A stretch of 64,000 bases of DNA from positions 4,224,001 to 4,288,000 of the forward strand of contig OZ252149.1 in NCBI GenBank assembly GCA_965248755.1, given 5' to 3'. The notes under the pieces are model-generated. The model did no database searches. It saw only the letters and a program-made list of their open reading frames with translations, and was not told where the DNA came from. Positions 44,452 to 54,377 of this stretch are shown in pieces. The stretch is from Candidatus Latescibacterota bacterium (GTDB lineage: Bacteria; Latescibacterota; CBDEFO01). A program made the translations under genes and the position numbers. Position 1 is the stretch's first letter. Each line of letters begins with the position of its first letter.

Positions 44452-45576
44452 TCAGAACAAAGCTTTTTTATTCTTACGTATTGCCTCTTTGAGTCTTTTG
44501 CACACGTAGTCAATCTGTGCCTGGGATATATTTCCGAAGAAAGGCAGCGCCAGGACATATCTTGACGCCTCCTCACAGACTGGAAAATCTCCCACTTTAT
44601 ATCCAAACCTCTCCCTATAGAAGGGCTGAAGGTGTATAGGAGAAAAATAGGGTCGCGATTCTACACCATCTGCTCTCAAATCCCTCATAATTCCTTCTCT
44701 ATCAACATTTGTACTTAATCTTATTACATACACAAACCAGCTTATCTTCACACCCTTTGCCACATACTGAGTTCCTACTTCCTCTACATCTTTAAGGTTC
44801 TGATTGTACTTCTGTGCCGCCTCATCCCGCTTTGACAGCAATTCATCTATCCTTTCAAGTTGAGCCAGCCCCAGCGCTGAGCTCATCTCATCCAGGCGAT
44901 AGTTAAATCCGAGTCTTTCGTGCTCAAGCCAACTTCCATTCTCCGAACGCCCCTGATTTCCCAGACTCCTCAAGAGCCTGGCTAATGCCTCATCATCAGT
45001 GACGACAACGCCCCCTTCTCCCATGGTCATCTGCTTGTTGGGATAGAAAGCAAAGACACCAGCCCTCCCGAAACTCCCCACGAGCTTGTCACCATACTTT
45101 GCTCCTGTTGCCTCACAGGCGTCCTCTACCACCTCCAGACTATGTTCTTGTGACAATTCCATAATAGCATCCATATCGCACGGATGTCCGAAGATGTGAA
45201 CCGGAAGTATCGCCTTTGTCCTTTCTGTGATCGCCTCCTCTATCCTGCTTGGATCCATATTCAGAGTCAGAGGATCCACATCTACGAAGACCGGCTTGCC
45301 CCTGGCCATAAGGATGCAGTTGCTCGAAGCCACGAAGCTGAACGGAGACGTAATCAGCTCATCGCCTGGTCCTATCCCGATTCCTATCAAACAAAGATGC
45401 AGTCCACCAGTCCCACTCGAGGCTCCTACGGCGAACCTGCTCCCTATGTACTCTGCAAACTTACGCTCAAAATCCCTCAGCTTCGGACCCAGAGAAAGCC
45501 GCCCCGAGCGGAGGACTTCATTTACCGATCTGATCTCGAGTTCGCCTATATCGGGCGAGGAAAGGGGCACTTGCAT
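44452..45576 (-). CDS. DegT/DnrJ/EryC1/StrS sugar aminotransferase
   Basis: SSGTGGLHL, EDACEA, FAFYPNKQMTMGEGG. Confidence 0.92.
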   Translation of the reverse strand: MQVPLSSPDIGELEIRSVNEVLRSGRLSLGPKLRDFERKFAEYIGSRFAVGASSGTGGLHLCLIGIGIGPGDELITSPFSFVASSNCILMARGKPVFVDVDPLTLNMDPSRIEEAITERTKAILPVHIFGHPCDMDAIMELSQEHSLEVVEDACEATGAKYGDKLVGSFGRAGVFAFYPNKQMTMGEGGVVVTDDEALARLLRSLGNQGRSENGSWLEHERLGFNYRLDEMSSALGLAQLERIDELLSKRDEAAQKYNQNLKDVEEVGTQYVAKGVKISWFVYVIRLSTNVDREGIMRDLRADGVESRPYFSPIHLQPFYRERFGYKVGDFPVCEEASRYVLALPFFGNISQAQIDYVCKRLKEAIRKNKKALF

Positions 45577-45635
45577 AGCAAAATATGGGTTGGACTAAAC
45601 ACCTTTACGTCCAGAGCGATTCTCTGATTGCTCTA

Positions 45636-46742
45636 TCAGATCGCAGATGATTTCAACTTCCGCGCTATAACTATAAGCCCTATTGTCTCCACAAAGATAA
45701 GACCCAGACCTAACTCTATCGGTAGTTCGACTACAAAGAGCGCGGAAAGACCGAAGAAGAATCCCATCCCAGAGCAGATAAGAACTGTGTGCTCCTGGGA
45801 AAATCCCATATCAATCAGCTTATCGTAGAAATGGCTTCGATCTCCTGAAAATATCGGCTTTCTGTTTGCTCTCCTTTGCACAACTGCCAGAAGCGTGTCG
45901 AAAATCGGCACGGTCACTACCAGAAGTGGTCCCAGGATCCACCTTAGATCGAATCTCTGCGACGGCAGGAGAAGGATCAGCATAAAGGCGCACATAAATC
46001 CCAAAAATAGACTCCCAGAGTCACCCATAAAGACGTCGGCAGGGTGCCAGTTGAAAAATAAAAATCCCAGGCAGATTCCCAAAAGACATAGGGATATAGC
46101 TATACCTATTGGAGACTCAGCCATGTAAGAAAGTAGCGCGAAGAATCCGAAGGCAATAGCAGACACCCCCCCTGCAAGTCCATCTATCCCATCCAGGAGA
46201 TTCATAGCGTTGGAACTCCCCACTACATAGAGCACTACAAGAAGAACTCCCAAAAGTCCCAAAGGGATAACTTTTGTCATTCCGATCAACACAATTACAG
46301 CCGTTATCTGTCCCAAAAGCTTAGCAAAAGGTGAAATTCTCTTCATATCGTCAATAAGTCCTACTATAAAGATAACTCCTGACGACAAAATTGCTGTGAT
46401 ATAAATCACCAGAAAGTCCGAATTTAAATAATTAAATCGATATGCACCATATCCGACAACCGCAAATGTCAAAAACATAGCGATCCCTCCTGTTCTGGGG
46501 ATCGGATAAGAGTGAACGTCCAACCTTCCCGGAGTATATACGATGTTCAATCTCTTTGCTGTCTCCTTTGCCAAAAAAGTTAAAGCTATAGATAGAGCAA
46601 GGCAGATCCAAAATAGAGCCGCATTGACCTTGATTCCTGTCAACTCAAAGCTGGCCCCGACAAGCAGAGCAGCCCATAGTGGGAGACGAAGAAAACGCCT
46701 GGAAGATAAATTTTCCGTCCTTTGTGTAAGACTTTTGCTCAT
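45636..46742 (-). CDS. MraY/WecA-family polyprenyl-phosphate sugar-1-phosphate transferase
   Basis: PRTGG, GLIDD, NAMNLLDGIDGL, FMGDSGS, GDRSH. Confidence 0.9.
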   Translation of the reverse strand: MSKSLTQRTENLSSRRFLRLPLWAALLVGASFELTGIKVNAALFWICLALSIALTFLAKETAKRLNIVYTPGRLDVHSYPIPRTGGIAMFLTFAVVGYGAYRFNYLNSDFLVIYITAILSSGVIFIVGLIDDMKRISPFAKLLGQITAVIVLIGMTKVIPLGLLGVLLVVLYVVGSSNAMNLLDGIDGLAGGVSAIAFGFFALLSYMAESPIGIAISLCLLGICLGFLFFNWHPADVFMGDSGSLFLGFMCAFMLILLLPSQRFDLRWILGPLLVVTVPIFDTLLAVVQRRANRKPIFSGDRSHFYDKLIDMGFSQEHTVLICSGMGFFFGLSALFVVELPIELGLGLIFVETIGLIVIARKLKSSAI

Positions 46743-46817
46743 AACTGTGGAATCCAGACAAGACTGACGAAGATACCGCAAAGCCCAGCAGAAACGAGAA
46801 TTAAAATATACGTTATT

Positions 46818-47177
46818 CTACGTCAAAACACAAGCATTATCCACATAAAAAAATGTGGAGAGGGAGGGATGTTTGATTGGCCATGCGATCACTGGCCCGC
46901 TGCACCAGAGAGTTAAGGGTCTGTCGAGATTTTCGGCGATCTCCAAAGGTTCTGGGGCAGAGGGAATCTTGAAGAGTTGGCAATACTCCTTGAGGAGGTC
47001 CACAACAATAACATCAAGGGCTGTCGCTAATCTTCTCAGTGTCCTAATGGAAAAACTGCTGTCGGATTTCTCCCACTTCGTGATAACAGTCCTGTGAACG
47101 CCGACCTTCACCGCTAACTGATACTGTTTCAGCCCGCGCTCCTTGCGAATGTTTCTGAGGTTTTCTCCTACCGTCAA
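46818..47177 (-). CDS. XRE-family HTH regulator (start uncertain)
   Basis: GENLRNIRKERGLKQYQLA..VGV....ITKWE. Confidence 0.65.
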   Translation of the reverse strand: MTVGENLRNIRKERGLKQYQLAVKVGVHRTVITKWEKSDSSFSIRTLRRLATALDVIVVDLLKEYCQLFKIPSAPEPLEIAENLDRPLTLWCSGPVIAWPIKHPSLSTFFYVDNACVLT

Positions 47178-47237
47178 ACTTGTCTTCTTTGCTAACGTAT
47201 GGCTGTTCTGACAGGATGTCGGATACGTAAATAAAAA

Positions 47238-48112
47238 GGTAATGCAGTAGAAAACTTGCACCTGGTACATTGACAATTTGTTGATCTGTAGCGATATTTG
47301 GGACATGAAAAATTGCCCTCGCTGCAGGGGAAGAAAATTTTGGTTACTGAAGACTGGTCAGTTACGCTGTCGGAGGTGTAAATTGACTAGAAAGTTGACC
47401 TCCTCCTCCTGGGAGAAAACTCGAATGTCTCCGTACTGGAAGGGGAGGTTGGTTGAGTATTTTTGTCTTGGTGTTCCTGTTTACCGGTTGCGATTCCATG
47501 TTCCATACACGAGGAAGACTATGGAGCGCTGGTATCGGATCATTCGAAAGGAAATCTACCACCTCACCTTCAAGGAGCTTGAACTCCTTGAAGGTGAGGT
47601 GGAAATGGACGAAACTCTCTTTGGTGGTAGAAGGCCTGGTAAGAGGGATTGGGGTGCTTTGGGCAAACAGATGGTCTTTGGGATCTATCAGAGAAAGGGT
47701 AAGGTGTTGACGTTTCCTATCTCGTCAAGGAGTCGTGACTCACTGTTGCCTCTTATTACCCAACACATCAAACCAGGGAGCTTATATTACACTGATGATT
47801 GGATAGCCTATGCCTCCCTTTCTATCAGTGGCAACCACGTGGTAGTGCCGAAAGAGAAGGGAATAGCTAGAGGAAGAGATCACCTTAATGGCGTGGAAGG
47901 TTTCTGGTCGTATGCCAAACACTGGCTTTACCAGCGATCCCCGATTGATTCTATCGGGGAGGTGTTGACAAAAACTCCTTCCACCTTTACCTTAAGGAGA
48001 TCGAGTGGTGCTTCAACCATCGCCACGAAAATCTCCTTCCACTTATAAGAAAGCTACTCGATCAACAAGCTGTCAAAGAGCTAAATTAGTGCAACTTTAG
48101 TTATGCATTACC
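47238..48112 (+). mobile_element. IS1595-family insertion sequence
   Basis: 24-bp IRs GGTAATGCAGTAGAAAACTTGCAC / GGTAATGCATAACTAAAGTTGCAC; 8-bp TSD AATAAAAA at 47230-47237 and 48113-48120. Confidence 0.9.
47305..48089 (+). pseudogene. IS1595 transposase frameshifted by palindrome copy 6 (47939-47959)
   Basis: CPRC..CRRC, EMDET, YTDDW, NGVEGFWS; the family-type tail GVDKNSFHLYLKEIEWCFNHR lies in another frame after the palindrome. Confidence 0.85.
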
Positions 48113-48284
48113 AATAAAAATAACATATTTCTAGCGGCATTGGCAACTATTTTCTTGCACATGTAGAGATAATTTGTCATCTTGTGTGCCCAATATAGAT
48201 TTTTTATTGCTTTTAACTCTAAAAAAGCTTATATTTTGACGTTGATTATCATCTGCCGATTTAACCTTAAAAGAGGCGTCCGTA

Positions 48285-49592
48285 ATGTTTGACCAGCTCA
48301 CAGACAGCTTGGAGCAAGTGTTCAAGAAGCTAAGAGGACGCGGCAAGCTTTCGGAAAAGAATATAGAGGAAGCGCTGCGCGAGGTAAGACGCGCCCTTTT
48401 GGAGTCAGATGTCAATTACAAGGTAGCCAAAGACTTCATCGAGAAGGTGAAGCAAAAGGCCACAGGTCGGGAGGTCTTAAAGAGCCTTACTCCAGGTCAA
48501 CAGGTCATAAAGGTAGTCCATCAGGAACTTGTACACCTTATGGGCGGGGATGAGAGAGCTGATATAAAGTTCGCTGGTTCTCCTCCCACTGCGATAATGC
48601 TCGTCGGGCTTCAGGGATCAGGCAAGACCACAGCCGCTGCCAAATTGGCAAGACACTTCAAATCTAAGGGCAGCTATCCCTTGCTGGTAGCTGCTGATGT
48701 GTATCGCCCCGCAGCTATAGATCAGTTAGAAACACTAGGCAAGTCCATAGACGTTCCCGTCTATAGAGCCTCGGAGGGGACTGACCCTGTGGACATCTGC
48801 CAGGACTCCCTGCGAAAGGCGAAGGCTACAAACCGAGACCTTATCATTCTGGACACCGCCGGTAGACTCCACATAGACGACGAGATGATGCGCCAACTTG
48901 AGAGGATAAAAGCGGAGACTGTTCCGGATGAGATCCTCTTTGTAGCTGATAGCATGACAGGTCAAGACGCAGTGGGCGCCGCCACCGAATTTAGAGAGCG
49001 TCTCAACTTTGACGGTGTCTTTTTGACCAAGCTCGACGGAGACGCAAGGGGTGGAGCCGCTCTTTCTATAAGGGCTGTCACAGGTGCACCCATCAAATTC
49101 GTCGGAGTCGGAGAAAAAACAGATGCCATAGAACCTTTTTATCCCGACAGAATGGCGTCCAGAATTCTCGGTATGGGGGATATTCTGTCTCTTGTTGAGA
49201 AAGCGGAAAGATCTATAGATAGAGATAAGGCGCAGGAGCTTGAAGAAAAGCTCAAAAAGGATGCCTTCTCACTCGAGGACTTTATGGATCAACTCAAACA
49301 GATAAAGAATATGGGCCCTTTAGAGGAACTTCTGGGCTTAATCCCCGGAGCGGGTAAGGCTATGAAAGGGCTAAAGGTGGATGAAAAGGCCTTCATAACT
49401 ATAGAAGCAGTAATAAACTCGATGACCCCACAAGAGCGCAGAAAGCCCAATATAATAGACGGTAGAAGAAAAAAACGCATAGCAAAGGGGAGCGGGACCA
49501 CAGTCCAGGATGTCAACAGGCTCCTCAAACAGTTCGGGATGGTGCAAAAGATGGCTAAGAATATGAATAAGGCCAATCTGTCGTGGATTTAA
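48285..49592 (+). CDS. ffh: Signal recognition particle protein
   Basis: [24 protein letters not shown], Met-rich C-terminal domain. Confidence 0.98.
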   Translation: MFDQLTDSLEQVFKKLRGRGKLSEKNIEEALREVRRALLESDVNYKVAKDFIEKVKQKATGREVLKSLTPGQQVIKVVHQELVHLMGGDERADIKFAGSPPTAIMLVGLQGSGKTTAAAKLARHFKSKGSYPLLVAADVYRPAAIDQLETLGKSIDVPVYRASEGTDPVDICQDSLRKAKATNRDLIILDTAGRLHIDDEMMRQLERIKAETVPDEILFVADSMTGQDAVGAATEFRERLNFDGVFLTKLDGDARGGAALSIRAVTGAPIKFVGVGEKTDAIEPFYPDRMASRILGMGDILSLVEKAERSIDRDKAQELEEKLKKDAFSLEDFMDQLKQIKNMGPLEELLGLIPGAGKAMKGLKVDEKAFITIEAVINSMTPQERRKPNIIDGRRKKRIAKGSGTTVQDVNRLLKQFGMVQKMAKNMNKANLSWI

Positions 49593-49642
49593 GAAAACTA
49601 TTTGGATATTGACAAGAGAATCGATCTAAAAGGGAGGACAAT

Positions 49643-50035
49643 TTGTCAGTAAAACTAAGATTGATGAGGCTCGGAGGCAAAAAGAGGCCGTTTTACAGAG
49701 TCGTCGCAATGGACATCAGAAGTCCCAGAGATGGCAGACCAATAGATACGCTGGGATACTACAATCCAATTCCGGAAGAGTCTGAAACAAAGATAGACGA
49801 GGATAAGGTCTTCCTCTGGCTTGAGCGCGGAGCTACGCTCAGCCAGACGGTCAAGAGCCTACTTAAAAGCCAGGGGATCCTTCAAAAGTGGAATCTGATG
49901 AAGTTCGGTTCTGGAGAAGTCGAAACACCGCCGGAGGAGCCTTTCGAGGGAGTAACGCTCAAGGGGAAGGACTCCACAGAAGAATCGTCGCAATCCGAAG
50001 AGACTACCGAAGACGAATCTGACTCTTCCGAATAG
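49643..50035 (+). CDS. rpsP: 30S ribosomal protein S16 with an acidic tail
   Basis: VKLRLMRLGGKKRPFYRVV, PRDG, GYYNP. Confidence 0.97.
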   Translation: MSVKLRLMRLGGKKRPFYRVVAMDIRSPRDGRPIDTLGYYNPIPEESETKIDEDKVFLWLERGATLSQTVKSLLKSQGILQKWNLMKFGSGEVETPPEEPFEGVTLKGKDSTEESSQSEETTEDESDSSE

Positions 50036-50053
50036 TAGCTTCAACAGCAATAT

Positions 50054-50590
50054 ATGGCAGATACAGACAACGAAGTTTCTAGATTCGCGTTCGTCACGAT
50101 AGGGGAAATAACAAAGACACGGGGCGTAAAAGGCGAAGTTAAAGTGGTTCCAGTTACGGATTGCCCCGAGAGGCTCTGCGATCTAGAATCTGTCTATGTC
50201 GAAGCGAAAGACGGGACGGTGCAGATCGCCCAGATAGAACGCGTGCGTCTTCATTCGGGCTTTGCGTCGTTCAAGTTCAGGGGCATAGAATCTCCTGAAG
50301 CCGCGGAAAAACTGCGCGGAGCTTTCATAATGGTTAAAAGAGAAGACGTATTCCCGCTTAAAGATGGGAAATTCTACGTATTTCAGCTTTTGGGCCTAGA
50401 TGTTCAGACTGAGGACGGTACATTTGTTGGTACAGTGCATGAAGTCATACATTCTCCCGCTAACGATGTTTATGTCGTAAGAAACGGACAAAGGGAATAC
50501 TTAATTCCCGCTGTTCGCCAGATTGTAAAAGACATAGACCCCGAAAGGGGGAAGATAACTATAGATGCCATAGATGGACTTTTGGGTTAG
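50054..50590 (+). CDS. rimM: Ribosome maturation factor RimM
   Basis: IGEI..TRGVKGEVKV, ANDVYVV, YLIPAV; synteny. Confidence 0.95.
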   Translation: MADTDNEVSRFAFVTIGEITKTRGVKGEVKVVPVTDCPERLCDLESVYVEAKDGTVQIAQIERVRLHSGFASFKFRGIESPEAAEKLRGAFIMVKREDVFPLKDGKFYVFQLLGLDVQTEDGTFVGTVHEVIHSPANDVYVVRNGQREYLIPAVRQIVKDIDPERGKITIDAIDGLLG

Positions 50591-50593
50591 AAG

Positions 50594-51343
50594 ATGCGTA
50601 TAGATATACTCACTATATTCCCAGGAATGTTCAACGGCCCCTTCGGTTGTGGCATAGTCAATAGGGCCCGGGAAAAAGGCCTAGTGGAGATAAATATAAA
50701 CAATCTGAGGGACTTCTCCCAGGACAAGCACAAACGGGTGGACGATTACCCTTATGGCGGTGGAGCCGGAATGGTCTTCAGACCCGAACCCATAGTTGGG
50801 GCTTTGAATTCCCTGAACTCCGATCAGGAAGGTTCAAGATCAAGGGTCATCTTCCTATCCGCCCAGGGGCGCACACTCAATCAGGCGCTTTTAAATGAGC
50901 TGTCCCTGGAAAATCACCTTGTTCTTTTGTGTGGACACTACAAGGGTGTGGACGAAAGGGTCATAGAAAAGTACGTCACAGATGAGATTTCAATAGGAGA
51001 CTACGTCCTTTCAGGGGGGGAGCCGGCGGCCGTAGTCATAACTGATGCTGTAGTCAGACTTATCCCGCAAGTGATAAGCGACTTTGAGTCTGCAATGGAA
51101 GACTCATTTCAAGATGGCCTGCTGGACTGTCCCTGGTACACCAGACCGGTCGAATTTGAGGGCATGAAAGTTCCCCAGGTGGTCCTTTCCGGCGACCACA
51201 AAAAGATAAAAGAGTGGAGGAGACGGGAGTCCATCAGAAGGACGCTCCAAAGGAGACCCGATCTCCTTAAAGGGGCGCGCCTTTCGGATGAAGACAGAGA
51301 AATTCTGCAATCTCTAACTGAACAAGAGAACTTGAAAGTATAA
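50594..51343 (+). CDS. trmD: tRNA (guanine37-N1)-methyltransferase
   Basis: VDDYPYGGGAGMV, CGHYKGVDER, SIGDYVLSGGE. Confidence 0.98.
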   Translation: MRIDILTIFPGMFNGPFGCGIVNRAREKGLVEININNLRDFSQDKHKRVDDYPYGGGAGMVFRPEPIVGALNSLNSDQEGSRSRVIFLSAQGRTLNQALLNELSLENHLVLLCGHYKGVDERVIEKYVTDEISIGDYVLSGGEPAAVVITDAVVRLIPQVISDFESAMEDSFQDGLLDCPWYTRPVEFEGMKVPQVVLSGDHKKIKEWRRRESIRRTLQRRPDLLKGARLSDEDREILQSLTEQENLKV

Positions 51344-51361
51344 GGCTATTAAGGAGGGAAA

Positions 51362-51703
51362 ATGGACGTTTTGCAAACCGTAGTGTCTCAACACCTGAAA
51401 GACAATGTTCCTGACTTTGGCCCCGGCGATACGGTCAGGGTACATGTCAGAGTCATAGAAGGTGAAAAGGAGAGGACACAGATCTTTGAAGGGACAGTAC
51501 TGCAAAGGAGAGGTGGGGGTATATCAGAGACATTCACAGTCCGAAAGGTATCCGCAGGTTACGGCACCGAAAGGATCTTCCCGCTCCACTCTCCTGGAGT
51601 AGCCAAGATCGAACGCATCCGAAGAGGGAAAAGCAGACGAGCGAAACTCTTTTACCTCAGAAAGCTCAAAGGCAAAGCCGCCAGAGTTGCAGCAAGAAGG
51701 TAG
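51362..51703 (+). CDS. rplS: 50S ribosomal protein L19
   Basis: [32 protein letters not shown]. Confidence 0.98.
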   Translation: MDVLQTVVSQHLKDNVPDFGPGDTVRVHVRVIEGEKERTQIFEGTVLQRRGGGISETFTVRKVSAGYGTERIFPLHSPGVAKIERIRRGKSRRAKLFYLRKLKGKAARVAARR

Positions 51704-51746
51704 GTGGCGCACCTCTGCTAAGCGATGTTTCTTGCTCTTTTCCATT

Positions 51747-51781
51747 GCCCCATCACAGCTGTCCGATGGGGCGTTTTATTT
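51747..51781 (+). terminator. Intrinsic terminator after rplS
   Basis: GCCCCATC...GATGGGGC stem followed by GTTTTATTT. Confidence 0.75.
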
Positions 51782-51812
51782 ATCCGTCAAAGTGGTGCGA
51801 CCGCTCCGTGAT

Positions 51813-53456
51813 ATGAAGAAGATCACACCTTTCCATATATTAGCGATCGTTCTTACAGTATTCTTCTGCGCCGTAAGATACATTAGATGGCAGGAGCCTA
51901 TGGGACTTGACCAGGGTCTCTTTGCCTACTTCGGAAGACACATCCTCACCGGCAGTGTCCCCTACTTAGACATCTGGGACAGCAAACCTCCCGCTATATT
52001 CTATATATACTCCATCAGCTTTGCTCTACTGGGGGACTCCTTTTTCAGCGTCTTTCTTAGCGAAACCCTATTCTTGGCTCTCACGGCCCTCTTGATCTAT
52101 CTTCTGTGCGCAGAAGTTTTCGATAAGACAGTCGCCCTATTTGCCGCGGCCATCTACGTTCTCTTTTCCAACGCTTCTATATTCGACGGATTCTGGTCCA
52201 CAGCACAGGCTGAGGTCTTCATGAACTTGCCCATAGTCGCAAGCTTCTACATCCTCACCAAGAACTTAAGGAGATGGCACTTTTTCGCCTCTGGGGTTCT
52301 TCTCGGACTGTCAGCGATGTTCAAACTTACCGCCCTATTCCTGCTACCCTCTTTTATCCTGTATCTCTACCTATCCTGCAAAGAGAGATCCCCGATTGAA
52401 GCTACCGGGGATGGGATTCACAGGTACACATATTTCGGCATCGGACTTATCATCCCCCTGTCAATCTGCGCCTTCTACTTCTGGATGCAGGGAGCCCTGG
52501 ACGATATGATTTACACACTTGTCTCTTACAGCTACCGGTACTCGCAAGCCATAAACCAGGGACATCCTTTTCTCAAGACTTCCCTTGGACAGGTCATAAG
52601 GTTTGTCTATTTCAACCCCACAGTATCCATTTTATCCCTCGTCGGACTTATATATCTCCTTGTAAAAAGACGTTCTAAAGAAACGTATCTTTTAATATCC
52701 TATCTTGTGCTATCCTTTATTTCGGTCTGTGCGCAAAGACAGTTTGCAGGGTACCACTTCATCGTGCTCTCTCCTCCGCTTGCCGTTATCTGCGGCAGTG
52801 CATGCCCCGTTATATTCAACTGGATAGTCCAAGTCGTGCGACCACTCCGTAGTGCAAGGACGATCCTCCGCAAAAGATCCTCAAAGCCTCTGCTCAGGTC
52901 ATCGGCAGCTATTATGACAGTTGTATTATTAGCCTCCCTTCTTTACGCGGACATTTCCCGTTATTATCGGTACTACAAACCCGACATCGCCTATGCTCTT
53001 GGAAAGATCCCCGAAAGACAATATCTAAAGACCTTTGACAGGGGGGCAATATCCTTTCTGAATAACAACTCTGTAGCTGACTATATAAAAAATAGGACCG
53101 ATAGTGACGACTATGTCTTGGTATGGGGATTAGCTCCTGCTATATATTATCTGTCAGACAGAAAATCTCCCACAAAATACGTCTTCCACCACGTTCTGTT
53201 GACCGACGCTCCGCTGTCCCTCACTCTTGGCGGACTTGAAGAAAGGAGGAGGGAATTCATAGATAAAGTAAGTGAAAGCAAGCCCCGTTACATCGTCATA
53301 GGCATCAACGACAGGAACGGCTTTGAGCCGCAGGACTCCTACACTCAGCTTCTCAATTTCAAAGAGCTCAAGGACTATGTCTTTACAAACTACGATAGAG
53401 AGAAAAGAATCGGGAATTTCATCCTTATGAGGAGAAAAGACCAGAAAGTACTTTAA
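51813..53456 (+). CDS. GT-C (ArnT/PMT-like) membrane glycosyltransferase; contains palindrome copy 7 (52390-52410) in frame
   Basis: DQGLF, PYLDIWDSKPP, many TMs; start set at MKKITP. Confidence 0.8.
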   Translation: MKKITPFHILAIVLTVFFCAVRYIRWQEPMGLDQGLFAYFGRHILTGSVPYLDIWDSKPPAIFYIYSISFALLGDSFFSVFLSETLFLALTALLIYLLCAEVFDKTVALFAAAIYVLFSNASIFDGFWSTAQAEVFMNLPIVASFYILTKNLRRWHFFASGVLLGLSAMFKLTALFLLPSFILYLYLSCKERSPIEATGDGIHRYTYFGIGLIIPLSICAFYFWMQGALDDMIYTLVSYSYRYSQAINQGHPFLKTSLGQVIRFVYFNPTVSILSLVGLIYLLVKRRSKETYLLISYLVLSFISVCAQRQFAGYHFIVLSPPLAVICGSACPVIFNWIVQVVRPLRSARTILRKRSSKPLLRSSAAIMTVVLLASLLYADISRYYRYYKPDIAYALGKIPERQYLKTFDRGAISFLNNNSVADYIKNRTDSDDYVLVWGLAPAIYYLSDRKSPTKYVFHHVLLTDAPLSLTLGGLEERRREFIDKVSESKPRYIVIGINDRNGFEPQDSYTQLLNFKELKDYVFTNYDREKRIGNFILMRRKDQKVL

Positions 53457-53600
53457 GTAACACCTAATTTTTCATATCAAAGAGGATTCTGGGTATTTAA
53501 TCCTTGCGCCATAAGATGAAAATCGCTATTTTCTGGTGTCGGTCTGCTGATATTAGGAATAATCGTTCAATGTCCACATCAAAAAAGGCGGCATTCGAAG

Positions 53601-54284
53601 ATGAAAAGAGAACTCATAATCTTGTTGGCAGGATGTGTGCTCATTCTTTACGGCTGCGGCGAAGATGGAGGTCCCACCTCCGGGACAAAGAGCGGACAGG
53701 TTCTATACCAGGAGGACTTCGATTCATACATCGAAGCAACTCTGCCCGATTCCTGGGTGTGGACCGGTGACCCAACAGGTGGAGGCGCTTTCACTGTTGA
53801 GGATAAAGTGTTCAAACATACCGTGGAAGGGGACGTGTACTACTTCTATCAACGGCAGACGTTCGGCAGCGGGACATATGAGTTCGACGTGGATAGCGAT
53901 GACACCTCGTGGATCTTTGCCTGGAGGATTACGTCTTCAGATCCTTCGGAAGGGCAGGCGCTGCATCTCCAGTATAATATTCCGGTCGGCAGCAACAACC
54001 TGATCTTCTCCCAGTCGGATTGGTCCACACTGGAGCAACATCCGCACGGTCAATTTATGTGGCACAACGCATCCTTCACGACCCTCGCGGAAGCTAAATT
54101 ACCCTTGTCCTCCGACGAACATCACATGAAAATCGAGGACAACGGAACAGGCGCTACCTTTCTCATTGACGATCAGATCGTATTGGGGGCCACACACGAG
54201 CTGGATTCTGAGGGATTTATCGGACTCGGGAGCCAAGATGCCTTAGGCATCGAATACGACAATATTTCGGTAAAGGCCCTCTGA
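53601..54284 (+). CDS. Hypothetical lipoprotein (possible ConA-like beta-sandwich)
   Basis: LYGC lipobox; YQEDF, GFIGL, EYDNISV. Confidence 0.6.
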   Translation: MKRELIILLAGCVLILYGCGEDGGPTSGTKSGQVLYQEDFDSYIEATLPDSWVWTGDPTGGGAFTVEDKVFKHTVEGDVYYFYQRQTFGSGTYEFDVDSDDTSWIFAWRITSSDPSEGQALHLQYNIPVGSNNLIFSQSDWSTLEQHPHGQFMWHNASFTTLAEAKLPLSSDEHHMKIEDNGTGATFLIDDQIVLGATHELDSEGFIGLGSQDALGIEYDNISVKAL

Positions 54285-54377
54285 TTCTAAAGTGAATTCA
54301 GGCTGATCCTGCGTCTTGTTTCTCCCTATCGCCAGCAACCCACCGATAGGGAGTCTTTACATATCCAAGACATAAAG

